The position numbers and the translations under genes are program-made. A DNA stretch of 64,000 nucleotides, taken from positions 25,978,001 through 26,042,000 of the forward strand of contig NC_043004.1 in the NCBI RefSeq assembly GCF_006345805.1, in the 5' to 3' direction. How positions within the stretch are numbered: the first letter of the stretch is position 1; every line of letters starts with the position of its first letter. The notes below the pieces were generated by a model. That model did no database searches, had not been told where the DNA came from, and saw only the letters and a program-made list of their open reading frames with translations. Shown in pieces: positions 40,101-50,620 of this stretch. Source of the DNA: Octopus sinensis. Lineage: Eukaryota.

Positions 40101-43100
40101 GTGCATATGTGATATATTTGTATGTGTAATATTATGTTTGTTAATATTTCAGTACAGTGGTGGTGTTGACTGGCGTAGTAAACTAGACATCCAAAGAGGA
40201 GCAGTGTTGGCCACTGAACTGAAGAACAACAGCTGTAAATTGTCTAAGTGGACCATCTGTTCTTTGTTATCTGGAAGTGATCAAATTAAATTTGGGTAAG
40301 TGGAATGATTATTAACAGATATGGAGCTGATATGAAAAAATAATTTTAAGATGTCAAACTAGAGTCAACCATTTTAGCTGTCAAACTGTACATGAATTAG
40401 ATTTCTTTGATCATTTTTGGGCAATTTTTCTTGATTAATATTGAATATTTAATGGTGTTGTCCCAGCTTGGTCACAATTCACTGGCTGAAAATAAAGATA
40501 CAAGATAGCCAGCTGTCACAAATATAGTTGGTAACATGTAGTATGTTTTTGTTAATTGTTCTAGTGTCTGTGTAGCCATGTGTAGATATAGATACTCTCT
40601 CAGCGCAGTAGAACATCCAGTCTGGTATGGCTAGAGGGAGAGAGGGCTGCATCAGCACCTTGACTAGTACTCGTTATAGCCAAGTAGACTGGAGCAATGT
40701 CAAATGATGTGCCCTGCTCATGGTACTTTATTTTACATGTAATTCTGCCCTAGAACTGAATGCATGACCTTGTGATCATGAATAAAATACTGTAACCATT
40801 CAGCCATGAATCTTTGTTGATTGGAACTTCTGGCAGAGTATTTGAACTGATGAAAATCGGTGATGGACTTCACAATTCTTCAGTGGTGTTCTCTCTGTAA
40901 AAAACAGTCAAACCAGGTATCCTGGTGATGTTGGTCTTAACTACAACTACTACTGCAATAATCCATCTGTTTGTTGCTCCTTCCTCCCTGACCCCCCACC
41001 AGCACTTGTCATACCCTACAGTAAGGCTACCCTCCTATTAGCCATAAAACCACAACTTGTACATAGACAGCTGTGAAGTGGATGTACAACATATTTTTCA
41101 ATAGCCATAGCAGCTCCAACATTGGATGTTGTTTGGCACAGGACTGGAACCATTATTTTTGTACTTATTTTGCCAACTCTATTACTCTGATCTAATCCTA
41201 CTGCCACCTATTCTGAACCCATTTTTTTAAATGATTAATTTTGTTAACTGAGATTTCATTTTGTAAATACCTAGCAAGGACTTTGTTGATGTAGTGGTTG
41301 TGGCTATACTGTAGAAATTATTCTTGTAAGGACTATGGTTATAGTTGATTGTGTAGAGAAATCTTTTACTACTTTATAAGTTTCAAGTGGGAAACCATAT
41401 TAGCCCTTTTGTTACCAACCTGCCTGTAGACATCCACAAAATAATTTGGTTAATGTTACCAAAACACCCACACCAACCTGAAATATCCTATTCATATTTT
41501 AATGAGAATTTCAGTGCATGTCTTATTAGTATATTCGTGAAAACATGCGTTTCACTTTGTAAATAATTGAGTTACATCAACATTATTTTAGATCATGTCT
41601 GAGTGCTGTGAATTTTTGCAGAATTTTTTTTCCATTTTGATTTTTTGAAATGTTTCATTATGGATGAAAACTGGATTTCAGTTTCATGTTGTCAAGCAGC
41701 AAGTTTGAATTTGAAGTATTTTCAAAAGAGGACATAGAAAACTCAAAGACTTAAAACTTAAAAACCATGATACTTCTTTTTCTGAAAGTGAAACTATTCT
41801 GACAACACTTCCGATAATACAAAAAAAATGTGAATTTGTACCTGAAGATAGTAAGAATTTAAAAGTTGTTTTTCTTAGTTATTTCCAAGAAAATGTTAGA
41901 CCTAGCCACAGTCCTAAGGAAATGAATGCATTAGTTTATTTTTACTTTTTCCGTTGAAGTGATTACTTTGGAAATGAATTAGTATGCAGAATATAAACGA
42001 AGAAGAAAAAAAGATAGTTTGAGGTTTCCCACATGCTTGGAAGAAAGTTAGAAATCCAAGCAGTTTTAGAAATTGTGTGTTGTATCATCATCTTTCGCTT
42101 TCCATGCTAGCATCAGTTGGACGGTTTGAATGAGGACTGGCAACCTAGGAGGTTGCACCAGGCTCCTCTGATCTTGCAAGGTTTCTACAGCTGGAAGTCC
42201 TTCCTAATGCCAACCAGTCTGTGAGTGTAGTGGGTGCTTTTTGCATGTTAGGGTGTAACACTTCCTGTTTTAAAGTAGTCTAAATTAAGATCTTACATGA
42301 AAATTTCATGTAAATTTGTTCCAAACATCAACTGAATAATAGCAAAATTATTTTACTAAACTTCAGTATTTTCAAAATTAATTGAAATAGAGGCAGTGTA
42401 TTTCAATGGAAATATGGTAAAAAGGTTAAATGTATAATTTCAAATATTGAAGATTAAATTCTCATATGTTCAAAAACAAAATATAAACAAACTCCTTAAT
42501 TAAAACAAAAAAATGGTATCAATCTGATATATTTTACTGCTAGATCAGTAAATATGATGTGTGAAAATTAAACCTGTTATTCTGTTATAATTTGATATTG
42601 CTTTTGTTTGAGATTCAGTAAAATGTATTTTCCTGCAGGTATGTATCAAGAGTTCATTATAGAGATTCTGCCAACCATGTTATTTTGGGGACACAGCAAT
42701 TTAAGCCAACTGAATTTGCTAACCAGATTAACCTGAGCATGGATAATGCTTGGGGTATTTTACGTTGCATCATTGATACTTGCATGAAATTGAAGGAGGG
42801 AAAATATCTTATTATGAAGGACCCTAATAAGGTAAGTAATGTTTTTGTCCTTTTTTAAAATGCAGATTAATTTGTAGTACATGCGAACATCATAATTTAG
42901 TACTTGTTTTGTGTTATATACATCATCATTATTGTGCAACTGCAATCCATGCCAGCATGTGCTGAAAGGGCTGTCATAGTTTGAATCTGTTCTTATTAGG
43001 AGTTACTGTCTTTCTAAGTCTAGTCAGTTGACCATGTCCCACTTCTATGTTTTATTTTATAGAAACTTGAGTGAGATGAGCATCCTTGACCACACCTAGG

Positions 43101-43540
43101 AGGGCCATAACTGTGAATAAGGACTTGATGCAAATCCAACATGAAGTATGTTTGTACTTCATACTGGACTTACATCAAGTCCTAATTGATCAATGGGGTT
43201 CCATCTATGACCATCTTATCTTTATTTCTTGTGAAGTGTATTTAGAAATACATTATTTACTTTATTTTTCTTTTTTTAAAGATGGTTAAAATTTTGGTCT
43301 CGTGGAGTGGTCATGTAGAAGCTGTCCTTGATTTTTCTTAGTGAACTAGACCGATGTATATATACATATATACACAGGACTTAAACATAATCATCCTTAA
43401 CACACACCCTCTCTTTGTATATTTTATAGTCGGTGATTCGTATCTATGATATTCCTGACAACACTTTTGAAACTGATGATGAAGAGGAAGAGGAGGATGA
43501 TGATGAAGAAGAAGAAGAGGAGGATGAACCTGAAGCATAA
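10448..43540 (+). CDS. EIF3D: Eukaryotic translation initiation factor 3 subunit D, complete spliced CDS: join(10448-10570,13266-13311,14476-14615,19767-19855,20393-20462,25010-25131,28694-28826,31944-32225,35103-35185,39376-39505,40153-40295,42639-42831,43430-43540)
   Basis: Exons assembled by hand total 1665 nt (554 aa + TAA). All introns are GT..AG with matching phases. Translation carries eIF3d motifs: [70 protein letters not shown] and an acidic tail. Confidence 0.97.
11846..12009. repeat. Perfect 60-bp inverted repeat (foldback of an RTE-tail SINE), 44-nt loop
   Basis: 11846-11905 is the exact reverse complement of 11950-12009. Confidence 0.95.
12280..12665 (+). mobile_element. tRNA-derived SINE (family also at ~11645-11790, 13345-13515 minus, 14930-15120 minus, 36485-36761, 44258-44400)
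   Basis: Pol III A/B-box-like head (gctgtgtggtaag...ggttcgttccc) and shared body taacttagcggttcggcaaaagagaccgatagaataagtactaggctt. Confidence 0.8.
13266..13311 (+). CDS. EIF3D: EIF3D coding exon 2 ([15 protein letters not shown])
   Basis: ttag|GTATCT...TTAG|gtatgt, 46 nt, phase 0 to 1. Confidence 0.95.
14476..14615 (+). CDS. EIF3D: EIF3D coding exon 3 ([29 protein letters not shown]...FQQ)
   Basis: acag|GAAAG...CAACAG|gttcgg, 140 nt. Confidence 0.95.
15185..18190 (+). mobile_element. Near-full-length degenerate RTE-clade LINE (APE endonuclease + RT + inserted PHD finger) in EIF3D intron 3
   Basis: APE motifs [22 protein letters not shown] (ORF 15228-15602); RT motifs [33 protein letters not shown]; many stops and frameshifts; repeat-rich 3'UTR. 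Confidence 0.93.
19767..19855 (+). CDS. EIF3D: EIF3D coding exon 4 ([30 protein letters not shown])
   Basis: ttgcag|CAT...GAAAG|gtaag, 89 nt, phase 0 to 2. Confidence 0.9.
20393..20462 (+). CDS. EIF3D: EIF3D coding exon 5 ([23 protein letters not shown])
   Basis: cttctag|G...AAG|gtaagc, 70 nt. Confidence 0.93.
21491..21715. mobile_element. Second copy of the same TTAA-flanked MITE
   Basis: Near-identical interior to 5925-6152; ends ggtaacgaaagggTTAA. Confidence 0.88.
22080..23276 (-). mobile_element. Degenerate maT-like (DD37D-type) Tc1/mariner transposon
   Basis: ORFs 22605-22913 (WFFSDE) and 22354-22608 ([20 protein letters not shown]); left boundary approximate. Confidence 0.8.
23704..24604. 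mobile_element. Tigger/pogo-like non-autonomous DNA transposon remnant
   Basis: Starts cagtaatgcctcgatatacaagt, ends ...ttactg; weak TIR match only. Confidence 0.5.
25010..25131 (+). CDS. EIF3D: EIF3D coding exon 6 ([30 protein letters not shown]...PEDL)
   Basis: tttcag|GCA...TT|gtgagt, 122 nt. Confidence 0.95.
25330..26790 (+). mobile_element. Degenerate 5'-truncated RTE-clade LINE, second family (no PHD insert seen)
   Basis: Frameshifted RT motifs [39 protein letters not shown] and C-terminal [22 protein letters not shown]. Confidence 0.85.
27693..28588. mobile_element. Foldback mariner derivative made of two inverted 5' ends
   Basis: TIRs tacaaggtctaatcaataagtatc / gatacttattgatcagactttgta; transposase start [13 protein letters not shown] on + (27889) and the N-terminal HTH on minus (ORF 28037-28333). 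Confidence 0.85.
28694..28826 (+). CDS. EIF3D: EIF3D coding exon 7 ([16 protein letters not shown]...[12 protein letters not shown])
   Basis: attcag|G...CAG|gtaaat, 133 nt. Confidence 0.96.
29895..31190 (-). mobile_element. Degenerate 5'-truncated RTE LINE (PHD-bearing family) with 3' tail
   Basis: Homologous to 37000-38645; ORF 30311-30532 [18 protein letters not shown]. Confidence 0.9.
31190..31565. mobile_element. Two RTE-tail SINE fragments in inverted orientation separated by (TA)n
   Basis: Plus copy ~31190-31385, minus copy ~31425-31565. Confidence 0.8.
31944..32225 (+). CDS. EIF3D: EIF3D coding exon 8 ([16 protein letters not shown]...NFSQQVLKM)
   Basis: tatcag|CTT...ATG|gtaaga, 282 nt; ORF track 31923-32249. 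Confidence 0.97.
33090..33750 (-). mobile_element. Degenerate RTE LINE fragment (PHD-bearing family)
   Basis: Homologous to 37650-38645 and 30500-31190. Confidence 0.85.
34640..34975 (+). mobile_element. tRNA-derived SINE, second family
   Basis: tRNA-like head ggcgcatgactcagtggttagagcg...gagtttgattcc followed by a non-tRNA body. Confidence 0.8.
35103..35185 (+). CDS. EIF3D: EIF3D coding exon 9 ([28 protein letters not shown])
   Basis: ttgtag|GGA...CG|gtaagt, 83 nt. Confidence 0.95.
36762..39047 (+). mobile_element. piggyBac transposon 5' remnant split by an RTE insertion
   Basis: Starts TTAACCTTTCGTTACC; ORF 38746-38964 and the next frame give an acidic N-terminus then [17 protein letters not shown], typical of piggyBac transposases; homologous to 41400-42065. 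Confidence 0.75.
36997..38645 (-). mobile_element. Young 5'-truncated RTE LINE with open ORF2 3' part (LLYADDL...PHD...FRYLG...RGRPRKTW) and ~650-nt 3'UTR ending in (GAT)n
   Basis: ORF 37653-38549 (298 aa) extends without stops to the truncation at ~38645; contiguous with the ccatgctagcatgg tail. Confidence 0.95.
39376..39505 (+). CDS. EIF3D: EIF3D coding exon 10 ([19 protein letters not shown]...NEWDAR)
   Basis: tccag|G...AGG|gtaaat, 130 nt. Confidence 0.96.
40153..40295 (+). CDS. EIF3D: EIF3D coding exon 11 ([26 protein letters not shown]...QIKFG)
   Basis: tttcag|TAC...GG|gtaagt, 143 nt. Confidence 0.96.
41400..42065 (+). mobile_element. Second, uninterrupted but decayed piggyBac 5' remnant
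   Basis: Colinear homology with 36762-36995 plus 38645-39040. Confidence 0.7.
42639..42831 (+). CDS. EIF3D: EIF3D coding exon 12 ([23 protein letters not shown]...MKDPNK)
   Basis: ctgcag|G...AAG|gtaagt, 193 nt. Confidence 0.96.
43430..43540 (+). CDS. EIF3D: EIF3D coding exon 13 with stop ([36 protein letters not shown])
   Basis: tttatag|TCG...GCA TAA, 111 nt, acidic tail typical of eIF3d; too short for the ORF track on the + strand. Confidence 0.95.
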   Translation, partial: SVIRIYDIPDNTFETDDEEEEEDDDEEEEEEDEPEA

Positions 43541-44109
43541 AAAGACTTGTTTGCTAGGTATTTTTTTTTTATTGGAATCATCTTAGTTTTCTTTGAGTTA
43601 AACAATATTTTGGTTTTGTAATTGTCTTAACTAGTTATCCAACTGAAATAGCAAATGCCCTTGCTACTACATCATATATTTAAATAGCTGGTGTTTTTGT
43701 TACATTATATATAAATAGCCAAAGTCCACTAGTAATATCTCTCTACATTAGTAGCCAGTGTTCATTAGTAATATTTTACAACTTTGAATATGACCATTTT
43801 ATTATTAACTTCCAGATGTTAAAATTTTCCATGTTTTAAACTTTCATCTGGTTTTACTTCTTAATGTGTATATTGTTACAGGTTGTATTCAAATTAGGGA
43901 ACTTTGTTCTCAAACTGAGGACATTAAAATTATTGACCTCTGACATGTGTATAACTGGATGATTTCATATATATATATATATATATGTAATTGCTATGTA
44001 ATCACTAGTTAATATATTAATACATTATTTCCTATTTATGTAATCAAATAATATTAAATGGAATAACTGTAAATAACTATAAAACTGTTTAAATGATTTT
44101 CCATTTCAG

Positions 44110-44200
44110 GATCAGCACCAAACGAAGTCTCTTTTTAATCTGATAATTGGCTTTATGATGATTATAATAATAAAGCTGATGTCATCAAAGTACTTTTGTT
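44110..44200 (+). terminator. EIF3D: Probable EIF3D terminal 3'UTR exon with polyA signal AATAAA (44169-44174)
   Basis: Strong acceptor gattttccatttcag|G at 44109/44110, then AATAAA followed by a U/GU-rich tract; candidate donor CTAG|gtattt after 43557. Confidence 0.55.
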
Positions 44201-44699
44201 TCATTTGTCTTTATACGCTTTTTACTCTTTCCTCTTGTGTGTGTGTGTGTGTGTCACAGGTATGGATGTATGGTTAGGAAGATTGCTTCTCAATCACATG
44301 ATTTTGGGTTCAGTCCCACTGTGTGGCACCTTGAGAAGGTGTCTTCTGCTATAATTTCAGGCTGACCAAGTCTTGTGACTCAATTTGGTAGAATCTATGA
44401 ATCGTTTTAGCTCAAAGCTGGGCACTATGGTAGGTAGAAGTTCTCATCATGTTTGTATGTAAGTGTTTGCATCTCCAAACAGAGGATGGGAAAATACATA
44501 TATAATAACAATAAGTATCACTATAGAGCACTGTACAATGGCAACAAGCACAGTTTGAACATGATAAAATACATTTTTTGCTTTATCGTTTTCATGTCAA
44601 AATAAATTTTTTCTATTGAAAATTATATATCATTTGAAAGCTTTGAATGTGAACTTTCTTCTCATATAGTTTAATTAAAATCTGACAGTTACATATCAT

Positions 44700-45160
44700 G
44701 AGATATAGGTTCTGAATGCAGAAGACATACATAGACTAGAGAGGAATGAAGCTAGTATGCTCCAATGGATGTGCAACATCAGTGTGCATCCACAGCAAAA
44801 ATTGCAAATGTGCTGAGAGAAAAGTTGGGCATAAGAGGAATCAGACGCTGCATGTAGTAGAGAAAACTATGTTGATTTGGACATGTGAAGTGTATGAATA
44901 GAGACTGCTGTATAAAGAAGTGCCAATCTTTGAAAGTGGATGACATCTATGGGAGAGGGAGACCCAGGATGACATCTATGGGAGAGGGAGACCCAGGATG
45001 ACATCTATGGGAGAGGGAGACCCAGGATGACATCTATGGGAGAGGGAGACCCAGGATGACCTGGGATGAAATAGTGAGTACCAATTTCAGGATGTTGGGC
45101 CTCATGGAAGAGATGACAAAGGATCGAAATGTCTGGTGACATGTGTTCTTGAGAAGACAT
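44700..45160 (+). mobile_element. Degenerate RTE LINE 3' end containing a 4 x 29-bp tandem repeat
   Basis: RNEASMLQWMCNISV-like remnant; unit tgacatctatgggagagggagacccagga at 44941-45056. Confidence 0.85.
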
Positions 45161-46959
45161 GCTCACTTCAGCAAAACTGAGTTCTGGGAGTGCTCTGTGT
45201 TTCCACCTATGCTACAATAAAAAAAATGTAAGTCACACACCCTACCCCCAACAAATCTCACCACATCTCTTCCTCACATTTCCTCTTTTTCATGCACTAT
45301 GCTTATGCCTTGCTCCCCAATCCTGTCCTCACTGCCCTGCTCACTATATCATTATTATCCTGTTGTCCCCCACCTCCTCTATATACCCATGTTTCACCAC
45401 TCACTGCACTCCCCACTCCCATACCCTTTGCATTCCTGTGAAGTCCCTACTCATGCACCTTTGGCAATACTCTATGATCCCATTTATATTCTGATCCCTG
45501 TACCATGAGTGTATGCCCTGGCATCTCACCACCAGCTATCTCTCTTGCTCTACTCTACCATCCCATTTATATTCTGATCCCTCTACTTTGAGGGTATGAC
45601 CTGGCACTTCACCACCATCTCTCTCACTCTCTCTTGCACTCTCACCTTCTCACTCTCTTCCACACTCTTTCACTTTCTCTTTCTCTGACTGAGTAACCAT
45701 TGTATCTCCTCTACAGCAACAAATTCTTCCTTTTGCTAGTTACTTGATGACCACTACCAGTGCGTCCAGTCCACACTGTAGAGTGGTTGGTGTTTGGAAG
45801 GGCATCCAGCTGTAAAAACCATGCAAAAGCTGACCACCCTAAGGTGATTGGTGTTAAGAAGGGCATTCAGCTGTAAAAACCCTGCCAAAATTGACAGTGA
45901 AGCTTGGTGCAGTCTTCTGCCTCGCCAACCCTTGTAAACCATCCAACACATGCCAGCATGGAAAATGAACTTTAAATGATGATGGTAGTGTGTGTGTGTG
46001 TGTTATGTATATAGTTCAAATTTACAGAAAACAAACAAAAGATGAAGACAGGTAAGGGAACCACAAGCAGGTGTTAAGAATTGAAAAGTCTGGTATTTTG
46101 AGTCTACACTATTTGTCAAAGGTTTGAGAAGAAAAAAGCAGAAAGAGAAAAAAATGTATCTTGATTAAGAGTTCAACATGATGAAATGACTGTGTGTACA
46201 TATGTATGTGTATATTTACATATGCATATATATATGTACTGTATTTGCTGGCAGATTTGATGTGCTTCTCTTATTTTTAAATGTATCAAAAGATTTCCTT
46301 GCATCTAATGTGGGAGACCGAGTGTTATAAACTAGGAAGCTGGATGAGTATATTGGGTAAGTTCCCTAAGCACAAAAATTATTGCTAATAATGAAAACAA
46401 ACCAAATTATTACAGTAAATTGAGTTACTAATAGTAAAATATCGAAAACAAGCTGAATTATCACAGTTTATCACAAACTGACGAAAATTGTTTATGATAC
46501 ATCAGCAGCTATGAGGGAAACTTGCGTCATCTTGCTTACCTCCATCCCTGGCATACATAATCCACACCTGATACATGTATTACATTAGTTAATGACTGGG
46601 TTACCTTTAAGAAACATTCATTATCTAAATGGAAAATGCTCCTAGAAATTTGTAAGGAATGTTAATAAACTTTCATCTACCTGGCAGCCATTTGCAATGA
46701 ACAGATCAGATGATGTGTCAGAGTCTTCACTTTTACAACAGTGCCTCCTTCATACTGTTTGGATCTTTTAGTCTTTTTTCCCCCATTTTCCCACATTGTG
46801 GCCTGTTGTAACACAAAATATCACATCCAGAAATATGAGTTTCACATCCTGTATAGCAATTCTCTTTCCCAAAATATAAACAATTCTACAGCTAATCTGA
46901 GAGGAGGTAAGAGTTGGGGTATGGTTTTCCATAACACTGATAAGTTTGTTTATGGTAAA

Positions 46960-48250
46960 TTTCATACGGTGTCCAAATTCATGGCTGAAAAACAAAAAAG
47001 TTACTGTTATCACATTAAATTTAAACTAGATGTATATGCAAATGACCATGGTAATAGGGCAGCTGCTTGGTATTTTGGTCCACCACCAACTGAGAAAATG
47101 GTAAGGACTTGGATGAAGCAAGAAGAGCAGCTGAAAGCTGCTAAACATAGTAAACACTGCCTCCATAGGAGAGTTAAGTGGCCTGAACTAGAATAATTAA
47201 AAACATGGGTTTTTGACCAAAGAAGATCAGGCTTTTCAGTAGCCACTAATATGATTATGTACTGTTCAAGACTTGTAGCAATGGACGGAGATATCAATGA
47301 TTTTAAAGGGTTAACATCATGGTGTTTCAGATTTATGAGGAGAGATAAAATCTGTATGAGGGCTAGGACAAGAATAGCACAAAAAACGCTCTTTGAGTAT
47401 GGAGATCAAATACTTGGGTTTCACACATCAATGCAAGAAAAAAAAAAGTTAATTTTAAACTTTCACAAATATAAGCAAAGTCTCTGACATTTGATGCGCT
47501 ATCAGACAAAACAGTAGAATCCAAGGGTACTAAAACTGACTGTTAAAACATGTGGCCATGAAAACACTCACTATACAGTTGTTAGTGTGCTGTGCTAATG
47601 GCACAAAAGTGCCACCTTTATTAATCTTTAAAAGAAAGACATTGCTTAAAGAAAGGATACCCAATGGCATTTATATTTGTCTACACAAAAGGTTGAGTGG
47701 ATGTGGGAGGAATGAAATTGTGGCATGATAAAGTGTGGTCCTGGTGGGTTATTAAAGAAACCCGCCTTATTAATTTGGGGCCAATTTCAGGCTCATAGAA
47801 CTGATATTGTCAGGAAGAAAACTGAAGACCTAGGAAGCCTAACCAGGCAGTTACATCCTTTAGATGTTTCAATCAATAAGCCATAGAAAAGCATCATGCA
47901 AGAGGAGTGGATGCAGTTTTCAGATTTTGAAGTGATACCAACAGGAAGAAGGAAGGGGCCTGCTATTACACAGGTGTAAAAAGATAGAATGCTGTAAAAG
48001 AAGCAGTACTGAGGATGATTCATTGTTCGAAGAAGATACTGATGACCCAGATCCTATTGCAGAGAATTCCAGTTAGGAAGAGAGAGTACTGGTAATATGG
48101 ATGGCAACAGTGAGAATGAGTAACTGCATCTATAGCAATTTATCAGACTTATTGTACTTCCTGACTGGTTTGTACCAGTTTTTATCAGTATATTTGCTTT
48201 TTGTTTGTATGTATCAGGATTCATTGATACTAATGTATATTTTTTTTTTG
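46960..48250 (+). mobile_element. Degenerate pogo-family transposase (CENP-B HTH + DDE_1)
   Basis: KFKLDV...GNRAAA, KWPELE, SWCFRFMRR..RTRIAQK, HPLDVSINKP across frameshifts; boundaries approximate. Confidence 0.82.
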
Positions 48251-48284
48251 CTATGGCAAATTAAATTTAGTTTCTTTAAAGAAA

Positions 48285-48960
48285 ACGTTTTCCATTCTGG
48301 CATGGGTTGGACGGTTGGATAGGACAGGCAAGCCAGGAGGCCACATCAGGTTCCAACCTGATCTGGCAGTGTTTCAACGGATGAATGCTCTTCCTAACGC
48401 CAACCACTCCGAGAGTGTAGTGGGTGCTTTTTACGTGCTACCAGCACAGGATCCAGCCGGGGCGGGGTGGCTGGCATCGACCACATTTGAATGGTGCCTT
48501 TTAGGTGCCACCTGCACGGGGAGCCCGTCAGCTGGCACTGGCAGCGACCTACGCATGCATGGTGCTTATTGCATGCCACCATCACGGGAGCCAGTCAGGC
48601 GGCCCTGACATCGCCCACAACTACAATTTCCATTTGATTTGATTTTGATTTTACTTGACTCAATAAGGTCTCCTCAAGCACAAAATGTCATCCGACAATT
48701 CAAAGGTACTTTTTAAATGGGCTGGTTATGTGACACTGGTGTAGGCTACGGCTGTGATCTCACTTAATTTGCCGGGTCTTCTCAATCACAGCATATCTCC
48801 AGAGGTCTGGGTCTTTCGTCATTGCCTCTGTGAGGCCCAACGTTCAAAGGTCATGCTTCACCACATACCACGTCTTACTGGGTCTCCTACTATTAGGGAG
48901 TGACACTTCTTCACACAGCTCTCCTCATCCATACACAACACATGACCATACCAGCGCATG
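48285..48960 (-). mobile_element. RTE LINE 3' end with tail
   Basis: RWYGHVLCMDEESCVKKCHSL remnant followed by the family 3'UTR. Confidence 0.85.
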
Positions 48961-49140
48961 TATGTATATAAGTATATATATGTGTGTGTGTATATATATG
49001 TATGTATATATGTAAAAATGAATAGAAAATGGAGATATACAATTGTCAATTCAAAAATTAAAATTTATTAACATATATTCTTATAATAATAATATAATAT
49101 TAAATACAAATTACATACAATTGTTTTGATTCTCACCCAT

Positions 49141-49680
49141 AATCTAGTATATATAAATCACAGTATGTGTGTGTATAATGACTAACTCATACATTTCCAC
49201 AATTCTCAACCGATTTTCGCCAAACTTTACACACACATTGCTTATGTACCAAGAATGGTAGTGCACTATAACATTTTGCCCAGAGCTCCTGTGTAAATTG
49301 ACATAAATGGACATAGTTTTTTTTATGTAGGATCTTCCATACATTTTTAATCTTTTTATGAAAGTGAAAGGTTTTTGTCTATTTATTTCAACTGTCCACC
49401 TGCAACTGATTAAATTGACTAGGAACACTGAATACATACATTTCCACAATTCTCAACCGATTTTCACCAAACTATACACACACATTACTTATGTCCCAAG
49501 AATGATCATGCACTATAACATTTTGCCCAGAGCTCCTGTGCAAATGGACATAGTTTTTTTGTATGTTGGGTCTTCCATACTTTTTAGAAATAAAACTGAA
49601 AGGATTTTGTCTATTTATTTCGACTATCCACCTGCGGCAGTTATTAACTTGATTAGGAACACTGTACACGATGAATATCC
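49141..49680. mobile_element. Non-autonomous element with two ~245-bp tandem core repeats (Helentron/DINE-1-like architecture)
   Basis: ~49185-49425 and ~49430-49670 are diverged direct repeats containing aaccgattttc.ccaaact; starts tctagtatatataaa. Confidence 0.5.
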
Positions 49681-50259
49681 AATACAAAACAATCTTAATC
49701 TCCATATTTAAACTGCATTAAACTTTGGCAAGCTTACCATTACCGATTCTGGGTTATTTGAAAGGTGATTTCCCTTCCCTCTCTTCTATTTGTTGATATC
49801 TTTGTTTACCTACCAATGCGTTGTTGCACTTTAAGGATGCTTATTTACCCATCCGTTATGATATTTCAACTGTTGTCCATTGTTTCAAATACGGTTTAGC
49901 ATTGTCATTCTAGCCTTTTTAAACAATCACATATGATTTGTCCCAAAGAATCAACCTTTAAATAAGACCTTTGCTTCCACAAGCGAAAGCTGTACGTATC
50001 TTTCATACCAATTTAACTAAATTAATATAATTACATTTAAGATCATTATTCAATATAAAATAACTTTAAAATTTCCTAATGGCTTCAATATTCATTATCA
50101 TAATTACTCTTTTCCTATACTAAAAATACTTGGTTTATTAGAGGAATATAACATATCCTAATGCTTATAATAAATACATATAAAATACCTATAGACACAT
50201 ACATAGATGCGTATATACATACGTACATACATACATATAATATAATACAATACATATCA

Positions 50260-50620
50260 GGGATCTTTTCAGTTTGAAGGCCAGATTTTCCTAGTTAACT
50301 AAACAATTTGAAACTTCGTATACTGGTAGAATGTGTCAAAAGAAAACATAATTGTAAACCAAAATGAAAACGGAATTGTAATTTCTAAGTTTAACATTGT
50401 TTAATAATTCGAATTTTAACCAATGGTATTCTTTCTTTCGACCTCATATTATTTACTGCCTCTCAAAATATTGTTACTGTGACGTAAACAGCTATTTTGT
50501 GACGTAGTTAACGTAAACATGTAAACAGACCTACAGATTCGTTTGTAATGTAAACATCCGCTTATTGTAAATAGCTAAATTCGCTTGGCATCGTACACAG
50601 CTTTTTCAGTTCCCTAGAAT
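50260..50620. mobile_element. One-ended relative of the 9558-9970 MITE
   Basis: First ~90 nt match the reverse complement of the right end of 9558-9970 (taactaaaca.tt..aaactt.gtatact.gtagaatg). Confidence 0.6.

Noticed and set aside
10571-43429. Intronic C/D or H/ACA snoRNAs, common in translation-factor genes
   Set aside because: A visual scan found no convincing RUGAUGA...CUGA pair with terminal stem; not excluded without snoscan or Infernal
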